A stretch of DNA of 64,000 nt, taken from assembly GCA_963662585.1 (NCBI GenBank), contig OY759729.1:1472001-1536000 (forward strand). Reading direction: 5' to 3'. A program made the position numbers and the translations under genes. The notes below the pieces were generated by a model that saw only the letters and a program-made list of their open reading frames with translations, was not told the origin of the DNA and did no database searches. Source of the DNA: Candidatus Cloacimonadales bacterium. Lineage in GTDB: Bacteria > Cloacimonadota > Cloacimonadia > Cloacimonadales > JAFGVF01. Position 1 is the stretch's first letter; each line of letters opens with the position of its first letter. Below are positions 1 through 9,134 of this stretch, in pieces.

Positions 1-2029
1 GATTAAAAGGATTAGGGTAATTAGTAGCATTGAGAGAGACTGGAGTTATTTCTAGGTCACCGTTGGGGGTAGCTTGGCAAGAGTAAATCGCATAGTAGTT
101 ATTATGATAGACTAATAGATCAAAACTATCGGCTGTACCACCTAGTAAAACCTTAACAGAACCAGCCCAACCAGATCCAATTTGGCCTACTCTTACTGGA
201 ATATCATCAATTAATTTATATATAGAGACTCCTTCTTCGTAATCAACCAAAACACCATTTTCGTAGATTTTTTCTTGTCCACAATACAGAAAATATTCAT
301 TATACTTTGTCACTCCAAGATTAATATCAGATTGATTTAGGTTATACCTGTGAGAGAGATTTATAGGATCGTAAGAGAGATCAACAACCTTATCCGCTAT
401 TGTCAAAATATCTCCGAATAAATAAGCTCCATTCCAGGAATCATTAAAAGGTATTGTGATAGAATTTATTTGATTAATCTCATCAATGCTATATTCATGA
501 ACCTTGACCCCTGTATCATTATTATGCTCATAAAGATAATTATTGTATATGGCATAGCTGTACTTGTAGGGATAATCATCATTATTGCTTATTGACCAAG
601 TTGGACTAAAAACACCATCTTCATACTTTAAAGAATAAAGACTACTACGCGATCTATAAATCAAATGCCTACCATCCCATTTCAAAACAGAAAACACACC
701 TGGAATTAAATGTGGTTGAGGTTCATAAGTTGCCTCTAAAATCATATCATCACCACTAAAATCATATAAATACATAATCCCTAAAAATTCATCATATCTA
801 GCTACTTTCTGCTCATCTTCTAAAAAACTATATGCACTGTTTTCTGGATAATTATTAGGAATTTCCTGAACATTATAAATATTTTCAAGTGAATAAGTAC
901 TTAGGCTGTAATTTCTTTGAATATTTACTACATAGTAAATATCATTTTTTAGAACCCCCGTTGGAGCTAGATTGATTATTGTTGATTGTCCAATATCCAC
1001 TAAAGTAATAATATCATCATTGATTGTTGCTTTTAACAAAAAATAGCCACTTACTGAAGAAATATAAAGATTGTTATTATTCTGTACAATTGAGCAATCC
1101 TGAGCATATTGGAGATTCGGTCGATTTGAGATATTAGCACTATCTAGCAAATTTATTGCTTGGCTAGAACTAACATCAGAGACATCATATAGATAGAGTT
1201 TCGAGATTACAGGACTAATCCCTTCATAAGATGTAAAAGCAATTCTATCGTCCATATAAGCAATTGTATATTCATAATCCGATAATGCTTGTGATAGATA
1301 GAAAGTACCTAAATACTCTAGACTATCAGTAGCTGTAATATTATAGAAATTAACATCTCCTATATTATAGGTAATCATTTTATTCCCATCTATTGCTACC
1401 TTTCTCTCTTCTTGACCTAAATTATACTTCTTGTGTAAAGTCCCAACTTCGTCAATTACATAATAGTAGTAGCAATTATCACTATAATCAAGCAGTATCG
1501 CTCCTTGGTCACCGAATTTAGTATTAAATATTAAGCTAATATTATCCACATAGCTAACAGGCTGAAAATCATCATAATTAAATATAGTATATTGGTGATT
1601 GCCAGTTTTTATTATAAAATAATCTTCAAACAATTCAGCTGAAAACATATTCTCACTATCGATCTGAATTTCACATAAGAGATTATGTTCATTAGGTACT
1701 GATAAGTCATATATTGAAAAATAGGAAGGATAATTTATTGGGTCTGAGGAATTTACATAGCCAACATATTTAGCTAATTTGCCATCTGAATAATAAACAT
1801 TGTTCCACCCAGGCAAAGATCTTATGTTACTGACATTTTCTAAATCACCATTATCCTGAATCTCATAAATTGAGAATCCATAAGCATTAGCAGTGAGTAT
1901 TTTACCATTTGAATAATGTAGAATACCAATGCCTCCAAAACCGAATTCAGACTGCAATTGGTAATCTAATTCACCATATAAACCTAAAGAAGTAACCCCC
2001 AGAAGTAATAGTATTATAAATTTTTTCAT
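1..2029 (-). CDS. Large secreted beta-rich (propeller-like) protein with C-terminal FlgD-Ig/T9SS-A-like domain; runs off the left edge
   Basis: Not in the ORF track because it has no stop in the window. ATG at 2029 (MKKFIILLLLGVTSLGLYG signal peptide) with AAGGAG SD. The same frame reads PNGDLEITPVSLNATNYPNPFN at the edge. I checked the frame at both ends and one internal point only. Paralogous to 5350..7602. Confidence 0.85.
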   Translation of the reverse strand, partial: MKKFIILLLLGVTSLGLYGELDYQLQSEFGFGGIGILHYSNGKILTANAYGFSIYEIQDNGDLENVSNIRSLPGWNNVYYSDGKLAKYVGYVNSSDPINYPSYFSIYDLSVPNEHNLLCEIQIDSENMFSAELFEDYFIIKTGNHQYTIFNYDDFQPVSYVDNISLIFNTKFGDQGAILLDYSDNCYYYYVIDEVGTLHKKYNLGQEERKVAIDGNKMITYNIGDVNFYNITATDSLEYLGTFYLSQALSDYEYTIAYMDDRIAFTSYEGISPVISKLYLYDVSDVSSSQAINLLDSANISNRPNLQYAQDCSIVQNNNNLYISSVSGYFLLKATINDDIITLVDIGQSTIINLAPTGVLKNDIYYVVNIQRNYSLSTYSLENIYNVQEIPNNYPENSAYSFLEDEQKVARYDEFLGIMYLYDFSGDDMILEATYEPQPHLIPGVFSVLKWDGRHLIYRSRSSLYSLKYEDGVFSPTWSISNNDDYPYKYSYAIYNNYLYEHNNDTGVKVHEYSIDEINQINSITIPFNDSWNGAYLFGDILTIADKVVDLSYDPINLSHRYNLNQSDINLGVTKYNEYFLYCGQEKIYENGVLVDYEEGVSIYKLIDDIPVRVGQIGSGWAGSVKVLLGGTADSFDLLVYHNNYYAIYSCQATPNGDLEITPVSLNATNYPNPFN

Positions 2030-2048
2030 TTTTTAACTCCTTTATTAG

Positions 2049-2072
2049 AGCGAGGAGAATGAACTCCTCGCT
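2049..2072 (-). promoter_or_regulatory. Intergenic hairpin just upstream of the SD of the large gene
   Basis: agcgaggag-N6-ctcctcgct perfect 9-bp stem; no U-tract in the transcribed (minus) direction. Confidence 0.6.
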
Positions 2073-2082
2073 TTTATTTGAT

Positions 2083-2454
2083 TTATTGGGTTATTGGTGT
2101 TCCAGGGTCTCCAGGAACTCTGAGAAAATACTTCTCAATAATATAGTAATCAGTGTAACTCATATCGATTCCTGATTCGTAGATATCACCAGATCCTAAG
2201 TCAATTGGTACTATTCCAACTACATTAACCTTGTATGTCCAATTATCATATACGGTCAATTCTTTAGTAGATGAATTATAATTTTCTTGATCTACTGAAA
2301 TAGGTCTATAAATACCAATCCAATCATTATTATCATACCCTTCTAGGGTGATATCATCTGCACCAAATATTAAGTCCGTCTTAATTTTTATGATATCAGC
2401 ACTAACAACACCAACAGTCAATAAGACCAACATTATTATTATTATCTTTTTCAT
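2083..2454 (-). CDS. Small secreted beta-rich protein (module 1), C-terminus PGDPGTPITQ
   Basis: Start reassigned to MKKIIIIMLVLLTV at 2454 (AAGGA SD), matching the paralogue 7659..8024. Confidence 0.8.
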   Translation of the reverse strand: MKKIIIIMLVLLTVGVVSADIIKIKTDLIFGADDITLEGYDNNDWIGIYRPISVDQENYNSSTKELTVYDNWTYKVNVVGIVPIDLGSGDIYESGIDMSYTDYYIIEKYFLRVPGDPGTPITQ

Positions 2455-2841
2455 TTTAATATCCTTTTTTTTATTATTTATGTTGATTATCTGCAACATC
2501 ACAGAATGTGTTGATTATTTTCAACACTCTTAATCTTCATGTCTTTAATGACCAAATCTACTTGATTCTTATAGATTTAGTCTCTTGCTATGGATATTTA
2601 AATGCTCTAATATATATATATATGTATTTTAAGGAAGGTCTTTGTCATAAATAACTTAATAGAATTATAAGCATTACAAATATTTTCATTTATAATCATA
2701 GTAAATTCTATTTCATATTTACTTAAAGTTTTCATTATTTTCCTTCCTTTCAATATATATATTACAAACTATATTTATACTTATAAATTTGTCAAATTAT
2801 TTTAAAAAAAAAGTATTGTTTTCATAATGAAAATATTATCC
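2403..2841 (-). repeat. ~440-bp direct repeat copy 1 (promoter, leader and signal-peptide coding)
   Basis: Aligns by eye along its length with 7973..8414; contains TTGACA-N16-TATAGT on the minus strand. Confidence 0.9.
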
Positions 2842-3088
2842 AATATTAACCCATCTCTTTTTGATAGTTCAAAAAAGTTAAACACTTATTAGTATTACTA
2901 TTATTTTTCTTGACTTATTTTTCTTTTTTTTATTCTGGTCATATAAATTATGAACCAAATACAGTAGTATCTTGGAATTATTTAATTGGTAAAGATTATA
3001 ATGTCATTTATGTAGATAATGACAAACATATAACTGTGGTGGATGGTATTGATGATGGAGAAATTAAACATAATATAACGGAGGAAAA

Positions 3089-3892
3089 ATGAAAATATTT
3101 TCATTAATTGTACTATCTTGTTTATTATTATTCGGGTGCAATGAGCATAACCAAATAATAGGTCCACAAAGTTCTAAATCTAGTGATGATGCTGGAACTA
3201 TTCACAACAAATTACTTGATGAGACATTTGATAATATGAAATTAGCATTATCACAGACAACTAACCCAACAGCATTAGATATAATGCATATTGCAAATAC
3301 TTCAATGATGCAAAGTGTTACTTCTCATTCAAGTTTAACTACTACTTCATATACAGAGTTAGTAACATATTTTGATAATAATCTTCCAGTAACTGCAAAC
3401 AGTAATGACTTCGTCAATAATCTAGAAAATTATGTGCTAAAAAATACTGCTTGCTTTGACACAAAAGAGTATAGTTTATTAATAGAACTTATTGATGTTA
3501 TAAAAACTTCAGAATCTAATAATGAGTTTATAAATAGATTGCAAGAGTTAAAGGTAGAAGCTATAGATAATGGGGATGATTGTCATACTACCTACTATAA
3601 TTCCCTTTTAATTGGGTTAAGCTCATATTCCTATTGGGAAAATAATACGGATTTATATATTAATCTAATTGAATCTTATGGTTTTAATCCTTCTCCTCCT
3701 GCATCAATTAGAATATGTGTTGGTGGTGATATAGCTGGTGCTATTGTTGGTGGTGGCATTAGTTGGTGGAATGGTGATGATGCTGAAGATACTTGGATTA
3801 ATATTATTGGGGGAGCTGTAGCGGGTTCAGGAGGTTGGATAATAACAGTAACTGCAGGTTTTGCTACATATATACTTCACGAATATAATTAG
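3089..3892 (+). CDS. Lipoprotein with C-terminal glycine-rich hydrophobic (Gly-zipper/bacteriocin-like) segment
   Basis: Lipobox LLFGC; GGAGG SD; C-terminus GGDIAGAIVGGG...IIGGAVAGSGG. Confidence 0.75.
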   Translation: MKIFSLIVLSCLLLFGCNEHNQIIGPQSSKSSDDAGTIHNKLLDETFDNMKLALSQTTNPTALDIMHIANTSMMQSVTSHSSLTTTSYTELVTYFDNNLPVTANSNDFVNNLENYVLKNTACFDTKEYSLLIELIDVIKTSESNNEFINRLQELKVEAIDNGDDCHTTYYNSLLIGLSSYSYWENNTDLYINLIESYGFNPSPPASIRICVGGDIAGAIVGGGISWWNGDDAEDTWINIIGGAVAGSGGWIITVTAGFATYILHEYN

Positions 3893-3900
3893 GTGTTAAC

Positions 3901-4161
3901 ATGACACATCTACTTAATTCGTATAGTTCGATAATGTTAGCAATATTACCTACGATAGCTTTTTTTCTTTTTTTATATTTAGATTGTAAAAAGAAAAGCT
4001 TCAATAAAGCACTTGCTAAAGCAGCAGCATTTTCATTAGTCTTTGTACTGCTTAATACTTCTAAAAGTATTAAATACTTTATTATCCTTCTTTGTATTAA
4101 TTCAGTAGTTATATTAATTACTTTACTTGTTCATAAGTTATACACAGCAAGAAAGATATAA
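3901..4161 (+). CDS. Small basic membrane protein (about 3 TM), candidate immunity/partner protein
   Basis: Starts 8 bp after the lipoprotein stop, AGGTG SD, hydrophobic segments separated by Lys-rich loops. Confidence 0.6.
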   Translation: MTHLLNSYSSIMLAILPTIAFFLFLYLDCKKKSFNKALAKAAAFSLVFVLLNTSKSIKYFIILLCINSVVILITLLVHKLYTARKI

Positions 4162-4762
4162 AATGAACTAAATAAGTATTAGTCATAAGACTTAAGACCA
4201 GCCATTATAGGAGTGGTCTTAACTTGCTTTTATCTTCAAATTATCTTTGGCGAAATTGTTTTATCAATAATTAAAAAACTATGAAAAATAAAGAATCTAA
4301 AAAAATGGATATTACAACCTCAGGAAGTAGAAGGAACTTATACCTTTTCAGGAATATCTATTGCAACAATAAGAATAACTTTAGAACTTCCAGGAGAAGA
4401 ATTAAATGAACTACTTTCAACCGTTAGAAAAGGCTCTTGTTCTCAAGTCAGGTGGAAAAAGATTCTCTCTAATGCTGATTAATAAGCGTTTGCTGAGTTT
4501 ATTAACTATAAGCAGTAACTTTAATGCCGTATGCCACAGGGCTAGAATACTTTAATTATGCAATTCAAGGTTGTTTCTCCACTTAAGTTGAACTTGAACC
4601 TTAGAAAAGAAGTAATTTTAAAAAGGCGGTATTGATTATTTATTAGTTTTTATAAATAAATAAGGACAAAAGATATTTGTTATAGATAATTTAAATAAAG
4701 AAATGAAATTAAAAGCAGACCCAAAGTATCTTTTAGAAAATAACTATTTTACAGTTTTATTT

Positions 4763-4791
4763 GCAGAAGAGTATTAAACTCTTCTGCTTTT
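4763..4791 (+). terminator. Orphan intrinsic terminator
   Basis: gcagaagag-N7-ctcttctgc followed by tttt. Confidence 0.55.
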
Positions 4792-4983
4792 AATGTAATA
4801 TAAATTTCTTGTATTTTGTTTTTAATAGTGGTTTAATTAATATACACAAGATTTAATTTATTAATTTACTTGATAAATTAAATGAAAAACACATAATAGC
4901 GAACTAGCATAAATCAAGAAATTCCTTGCAATAAATTAGAATAAATGTAATATGGGTTTAATATTATTCATAAAGGGAAAACA

Positions 4984-5340
4984 ATGAGTAAAATAATTTC
5001 AGTAATTAACCAAAAAGGTGGGGTTGGTAAAACAACCATAGCCTTTAACCTGGCGAAAGGGTTAGCTAATAAGGGGTTTAAAGTCTTAGCAATAGATAAT
5101 GACCCCCAAGGAAACTTAACAAGTGCTTTCCTAGAAGACCCCAGAAAGATGACCGCAGATGTGTTAAATTTCTACAAAAATGAGTATGACAAAATTGATC
5201 CATAACAAATAGATGAGAACCTTTTTCTAATTGGTGCCAATATCCATCTGTCTAAAATTACCGACAACGGCTTAGATGTGATCTTTAATTTAAAAGAGGG
5301 GTATATTTCACTTTTAATTTTTAATTTTTCACTCTTGTAA
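4984..5340 (+). pseudogene. parA: ParA/Soj-family ATPase remnant
   Basis: [10 protein letters not shown] deviant Walker A and [13 protein letters not shown] at 5203-5205, after which the same frame continues QIDENLFLIGANIHLS (Soj-like); the gene is then truncated. Confidence 0.8.
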
Positions 5341-5349
5341 AGCAAGCCC

Positions 5350-7602
5350 CTACTTCATCAGCAACATTTTCTTCACTATTTCTTCTCCCCCACTTTTTAC
5401 CTTATAAAAATAATTTCCTGAGCTAACTTGTTTACCATCTTCATTATCACCTTGCCAAATAATCTTATGCATACCAGCTTCTTGAGTCTCATTAAGCAAG
5501 CTTTTAACTTTCTGACCTTTGAGGTTATAAATATCAACAGATACATTTCCTTGCTTAGATATATCATAGGATATGGTTGTTTCAGGATTAAAGGGATTAG
5601 GGTAGTTGCTGGCATTTAGGGTTACAGGAGTTATTTCTAAATTGCCGTTGGGAGTTATAGCACATTGATAATAAAAAAGAGAGCCCATCGTAGTTACAAG
5701 CATGTTATAATGACTTGCGTCAACTTGAAAGAGATCTACTGAATTTATTATTGAAGGAAAAATAATGGATTCTAACAAATTATACTGAACTTCATTATCT
5801 GGGTTAAATTCTTTAATTTCAAGTAACCTAGTTTTTGCACCAAGCCCTACTTTACCAATAAAAAGATAATTATCAATATTATTCAACACTTTATCTCCAT
5901 AATCTAATCTATACACCCCAGTAACAGCATAGTTATAAGCATCAATAGCCATAAGGTAGTAGTAATCAGCACCATTAAAACAAACATATTCATTAGAAAA
6001 ACTATCTATTGGAAATGTTGCACTTACTGAAAAAGTAAATGAATTTTCACTTGATACTAACGAATAACTCTCCGCATTAACTTGATAAATATCTATTAAG
6101 CTACCACTATCATTCATGCTGTACAAGCAGTTACCCTTTATAAAAGCTGTATATTCGCTTTGATTGGAAGTTGAGCCTAGATTAAAAGTATATGACTCTA
6201 TAAACTCACCATCAATAAATGTACCAACGAATATATCATTATATAGTTGGTAAACTAGATATTCTTCATTCAGCATCAATGGGGTAAAGTTAAAATATAG
6301 AAGAGGATACTCTGCAGGAAGGCTACCAATTAAGGAGATTGTATCATCCGAATTTAAACAATAAAGCACTAACTCATTATCAAGATAAGATTTTTTATAG
6401 AGATAGTCGGATTGATAGGGGAATTTATGATATTCTCCATTAGCAAAATCATTTTCAATAATTGCTGGAGTCTCTCCATTTGCAAAATCATAAATCACAC
6501 ACTCTCTATCTTTTTTCCTGGCATTTAAATAGATTTTATTATCTCGTGTTAAAAATGATTTTTCCCAATACGCAATATCTCCATACTGGCTAATTATTTC
6601 AAGCCCATCATCTAATATTTCATAACCATTGAGCCCTTCTTCTTCAGAATTTATGTAGATATAATTATTACAAGAAATAGCCTTTTGAGAAAGGTAATAA
6701 TCTCTATTATCCCAGTTCTCTAAGAAAAACTCTTGATCAAAATATTGAAGTTGGTCATCAAGAATGTCGTAAATTCTCAGAACTGGCTCTTCCATCTGGG
6801 AGCTATTATTATAATCACCAGTAACAAAGTATAGTTTTGAATATAATAAATCTATACCTCGAGAATCAAAACCTATGGTGGAACCATTTACAAGAATTGA
6901 ATCTTGAGCTTCTTCTTCGAATATTGTTTCATACATCTTTAGATAATTATTGGTGACAATATAAATGTTTTCATCATCACTTTTGGCATAAGTAATATTT
7001 CTAACTTCTGTTTTAACTGGTATTAACTGATTCTCTTCATCAATAATGACCCACTTAAAAAGCTGAGAAGATAATTCATGGACTAACACAGTTCCATCAT
7101 CTAAAAAAGTTTCGAGATTAATATAATAGTCTGAATAATCATTTAATAGTTCCCCACTCTCAATATCTAACAGCAACGAGTTACTATTTAGTTTATTAAC
7201 TAGAAGTTTGATATTATTCAGTAAATGAACACCTATAATGTTATAACTGGTTTCAATAGTATGAGAAAATTGGATATTTTCAAGATCCTCAATATTATAA
7301 ACATCAATATTGGGCGTTAACCAATGACTGATAGCTAAATAATTATCATTAAAAGTTAATGATTGAAAAACTCTGGTATTAATAGTATCAATAAGGGTTA
7401 AAGCTCCATTAGGATCAGACTGAAAGATAGAAAATCCTTTAGATGTTCCACTTAGTATGTAATTATCTCTAAGGGTATAAAAATAATAACCACAATCGCT
7501 TCCTGTTGTTTCTCCAAATTCGGTAAAGTCATTAAAATCAGATTCAAAACTAAATAGTGTTGATAATGAAATTAAAATAAGTAAGACATATAGATATTTC
7601 AT
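5350..7602 (-). CDS. Large secreted beta-rich protein with C-terminal FlgD-Ig/T9SS-A-like domain (module 2)
   Basis: Signal peptide; C-terminal NYPNPFNPETTI..IYNLKGQKV..W.G..SSGNYF..KKMLLMK. Confidence 0.9.
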   Translation of the reverse strand: MKYLYVLLILISLSTLFSFESDFNDFTEFGETTGSDCGYYFYTLRDNYILSGTSKGFSIFQSDPNGALTLIDTINTRVFQSLTFNDNYLAISHWLTPNIDVYNIEDLENIQFSHTIETSYNIIGVHLLNNIKLLVNKLNSNSLLLDIESGELLNDYSDYYINLETFLDDGTVLVHELSSQLFKWVIIDEENQLIPVKTEVRNITYAKSDDENIYIVTNNYLKMYETIFEEEAQDSILVNGSTIGFDSRGIDLLYSKLYFVTGDYNNSSQMEEPVLRIYDILDDQLQYFDQEFFLENWDNRDYYLSQKAISCNNYIYINSEEEGLNGYEILDDGLEIISQYGDIAYWEKSFLTRDNKIYLNARKKDRECVIYDFANGETPAIIENDFANGEYHKFPYQSDYLYKKSYLDNELVLYCLNSDDTISLIGSLPAEYPLLYFNFTPLMLNEEYLVYQLYNDIFVGTFIDGEFIESYTFNLGSTSNQSEYTAFIKGNCLYSMNDSGSLIDIYQVNAESYSLVSSENSFTFSVSATFPIDSFSNEYVCFNGADYYYLMAIDAYNYAVTGVYRLDYGDKVLNNIDNYLFIGKVGLGAKTRLLEIKEFNPDNEVQYNLLESIIFPSIINSVDLFQVDASHYNMLVTTMGSLFYYQCAITPNGNLEITPVTLNASNYPNPFNPETTISYDISKQGNVSVDIYNLKGQKVKSLLNETQEAGMHKIIWQGDNEDGKQVSSGNYFYKVKSGGEEIVKKMLLMK

Positions 7603-7615
7603 AGTTTTTCCTTTT

Positions 7616-7642
7616 CCCCATAGGTCATGATAACCTATGGGG
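7616..7642 (-). promoter_or_regulatory. Intergenic hairpin abutting the SD of the large gene
   Basis: ccccataggt-N7-acctatgggg 10-bp stem, in the same position as 2049..2072 but with different sequence. Confidence 0.6.
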
Positions 7643-7658
7643 TTGTAAATTAATTATC

Positions 7659-8024
7659 TTATTGATTTTGCCCTGGATTACCTGGATCTATAGGATCTAG
7701 ATTTGAAAAATCAAACGATACATTATTGTTTGAAGAACTACCATATTCTAAAGTAACATGTTTAATTTCATAATATCCTGGGATTCTGACATCAATATTC
7801 CTACCTACAACAGCAATGATATCATAAGGTAATCCAGACCAGCCAAGAAGATTAGCACCACCATGACCTATAGTCGTTACAAATCTGTAATCATTAGTTC
7901 CGTGAAAAGCAATACCAACAGTTATTACTTCATTTGAATTATTATATGCAGTAGCAACAGCATCATAAGCATTAACAACACAAACAGTCAATAAGACCAA
8001 CATTATTATTATTATCTTTTTCAT
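7659..8024 (-). CDS. Small secreted beta-rich protein (module 2), C-terminus PIDPGNPGQNQ
   Basis: First 14 aa identical to 2083..2454; the mature part does not align by eye. Confidence 0.8.
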   Translation of the reverse strand: MKKIIIIMLVLLTVCVVNAYDAVATAYNNSNEVITVGIAFHGTNDYRFVTTIGHGGANLLGWSGLPYDIIAVVGRNIDVRIPGYYEIKHVTLEYGSSSNNNVSFDFSNLDPIDPGNPGQNQ

Positions 8025-8414
8025 TTTAAATATCCTTTTTTTTTATTATTTATGTTGATTATCTGCAACACCACAGAATGTGTTGATTTTTTTCAACACT
8101 TTTTAATCTTGATGTCTTTTGTGACCAAATCTACTTGATTGTTATAGATTTAGTCTCTTGCTATGGATATTTAAATGCTCTAATATATATATATGTATTT
8201 TAAGGAAGATCTTTGTCATAAATAACTTAATAGTATTATAATCATTACAAATAGTCCTATTAGTAATTATAGATGATTTTTTTGAATATTTACTCATAAT
8301 TTTCATAACATTTTCCATCCTTCCAATATATATATTACAAATATTATTTACAAATAATTATTTGTCAAACATTTTTTATATAAAAGTATTGTTTTCATAA
8401 TGGAAATATTATCC
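7973..8414 (-). repeat. ~440-bp direct repeat copy 2
   Basis: Matches 2403..2841; TTGACA-N16-TAATAT at the homologous position. Confidence 0.9.
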
Positions 8415-8476
8415 TAAAAATACACACAGAGCTTGAGTTTCTTAATAGCTGTTTTGACTTCTATTAACATTGTTGC

Positions 8477-8625
8477 GCCCCTGTGTCCCCCTCGCGGAGG
8501 CGGATTTAAGAGAAAATGTTAACACCCCCTGTGTCCCCCTCGCGGAGGGGGATGTAAGAAACACCCCGTCATCTTCGATGCCACCCCTCTTTTAGCGTGC
8601 CTTCGGCACTAAAGCGGGGACTTTA
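8477..8625. repeat. REP-like palindrome cluster
   Basis: Two cccctgtgtccccctcgcggaggSgga units and a cccctcttt..gtgccttcggcac..aaag unit; the same modules occur at 10.6 kb and, inverted, at 45.3-46.3 kb. Confidence 0.75.
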
Positions 8626-8704
8626 AGAAACAGGTGATTTGAGAAATTGAATATCGCTAAAGGATTCAGGTATGGTATGGTAAATCACTACCACTTTTGT
8701 GTCC

Positions 8705-9003
8705 TTCTATGGGGCTCCAAGCTTTATTTTTCTTTGGTCATCTACTCCTCCTCCTCACTCAACTCAAAGATTATTTGAATTTTATTCGAGATGAGTGAGG
8801 AGGAGAGGAAGAAGACTATTAATATTATAGGCAGAATATAAAGTGATTTTAGGTAAAAGAAGTAGTTTTAATTTAATTAGTCAAGACTAACATTAATTTG
8901 TGACCCTTATAGAATTTATTCTATAAGGGGGAATTCTTTAAATAAATTTTCATAAACTGGGACATTTTAGAAGAAAGTGGGCCCTATAGTATAATGAGGA
9001 GGA
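8705..9003 (+). repeat. ~300-bp dispersed non-coding element, copy A
   Basis: Homologous to the reverse complement of ~63286..63570: shared ctcactcaactYaaagattatttgaattttatt.gagatgag, ccttatagaatWtattctataagg palindrome and aaagtgggccctatagt. Confidence 0.8.
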
Positions 9004-9134
9004 TAATTTAAAATGGAGAACATTGAACATGAGAAGAAGAAAAGTTTTTCAACATTTAATAACAATAAAAGAAAAATTTGCTAGACAAAAAATCAGAGAT
9101 AATTATAAAAAGTTTAGATATTGGAGGGGTAAAA

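Noticed and set aside
2348..3167. ORFs 2348..2533, 2910..3092, 2982..3167 and the upstream start at 2502
   Set aside because: Antisense or overlapping, no convincing SD or motifs; the paralogue supports the 2454 start.
9013..9084. Short ORF after a strong GGAGG at the end of the dispersed element
   Set aside because: Only 23 aa and not conserved in the second copy of the element.
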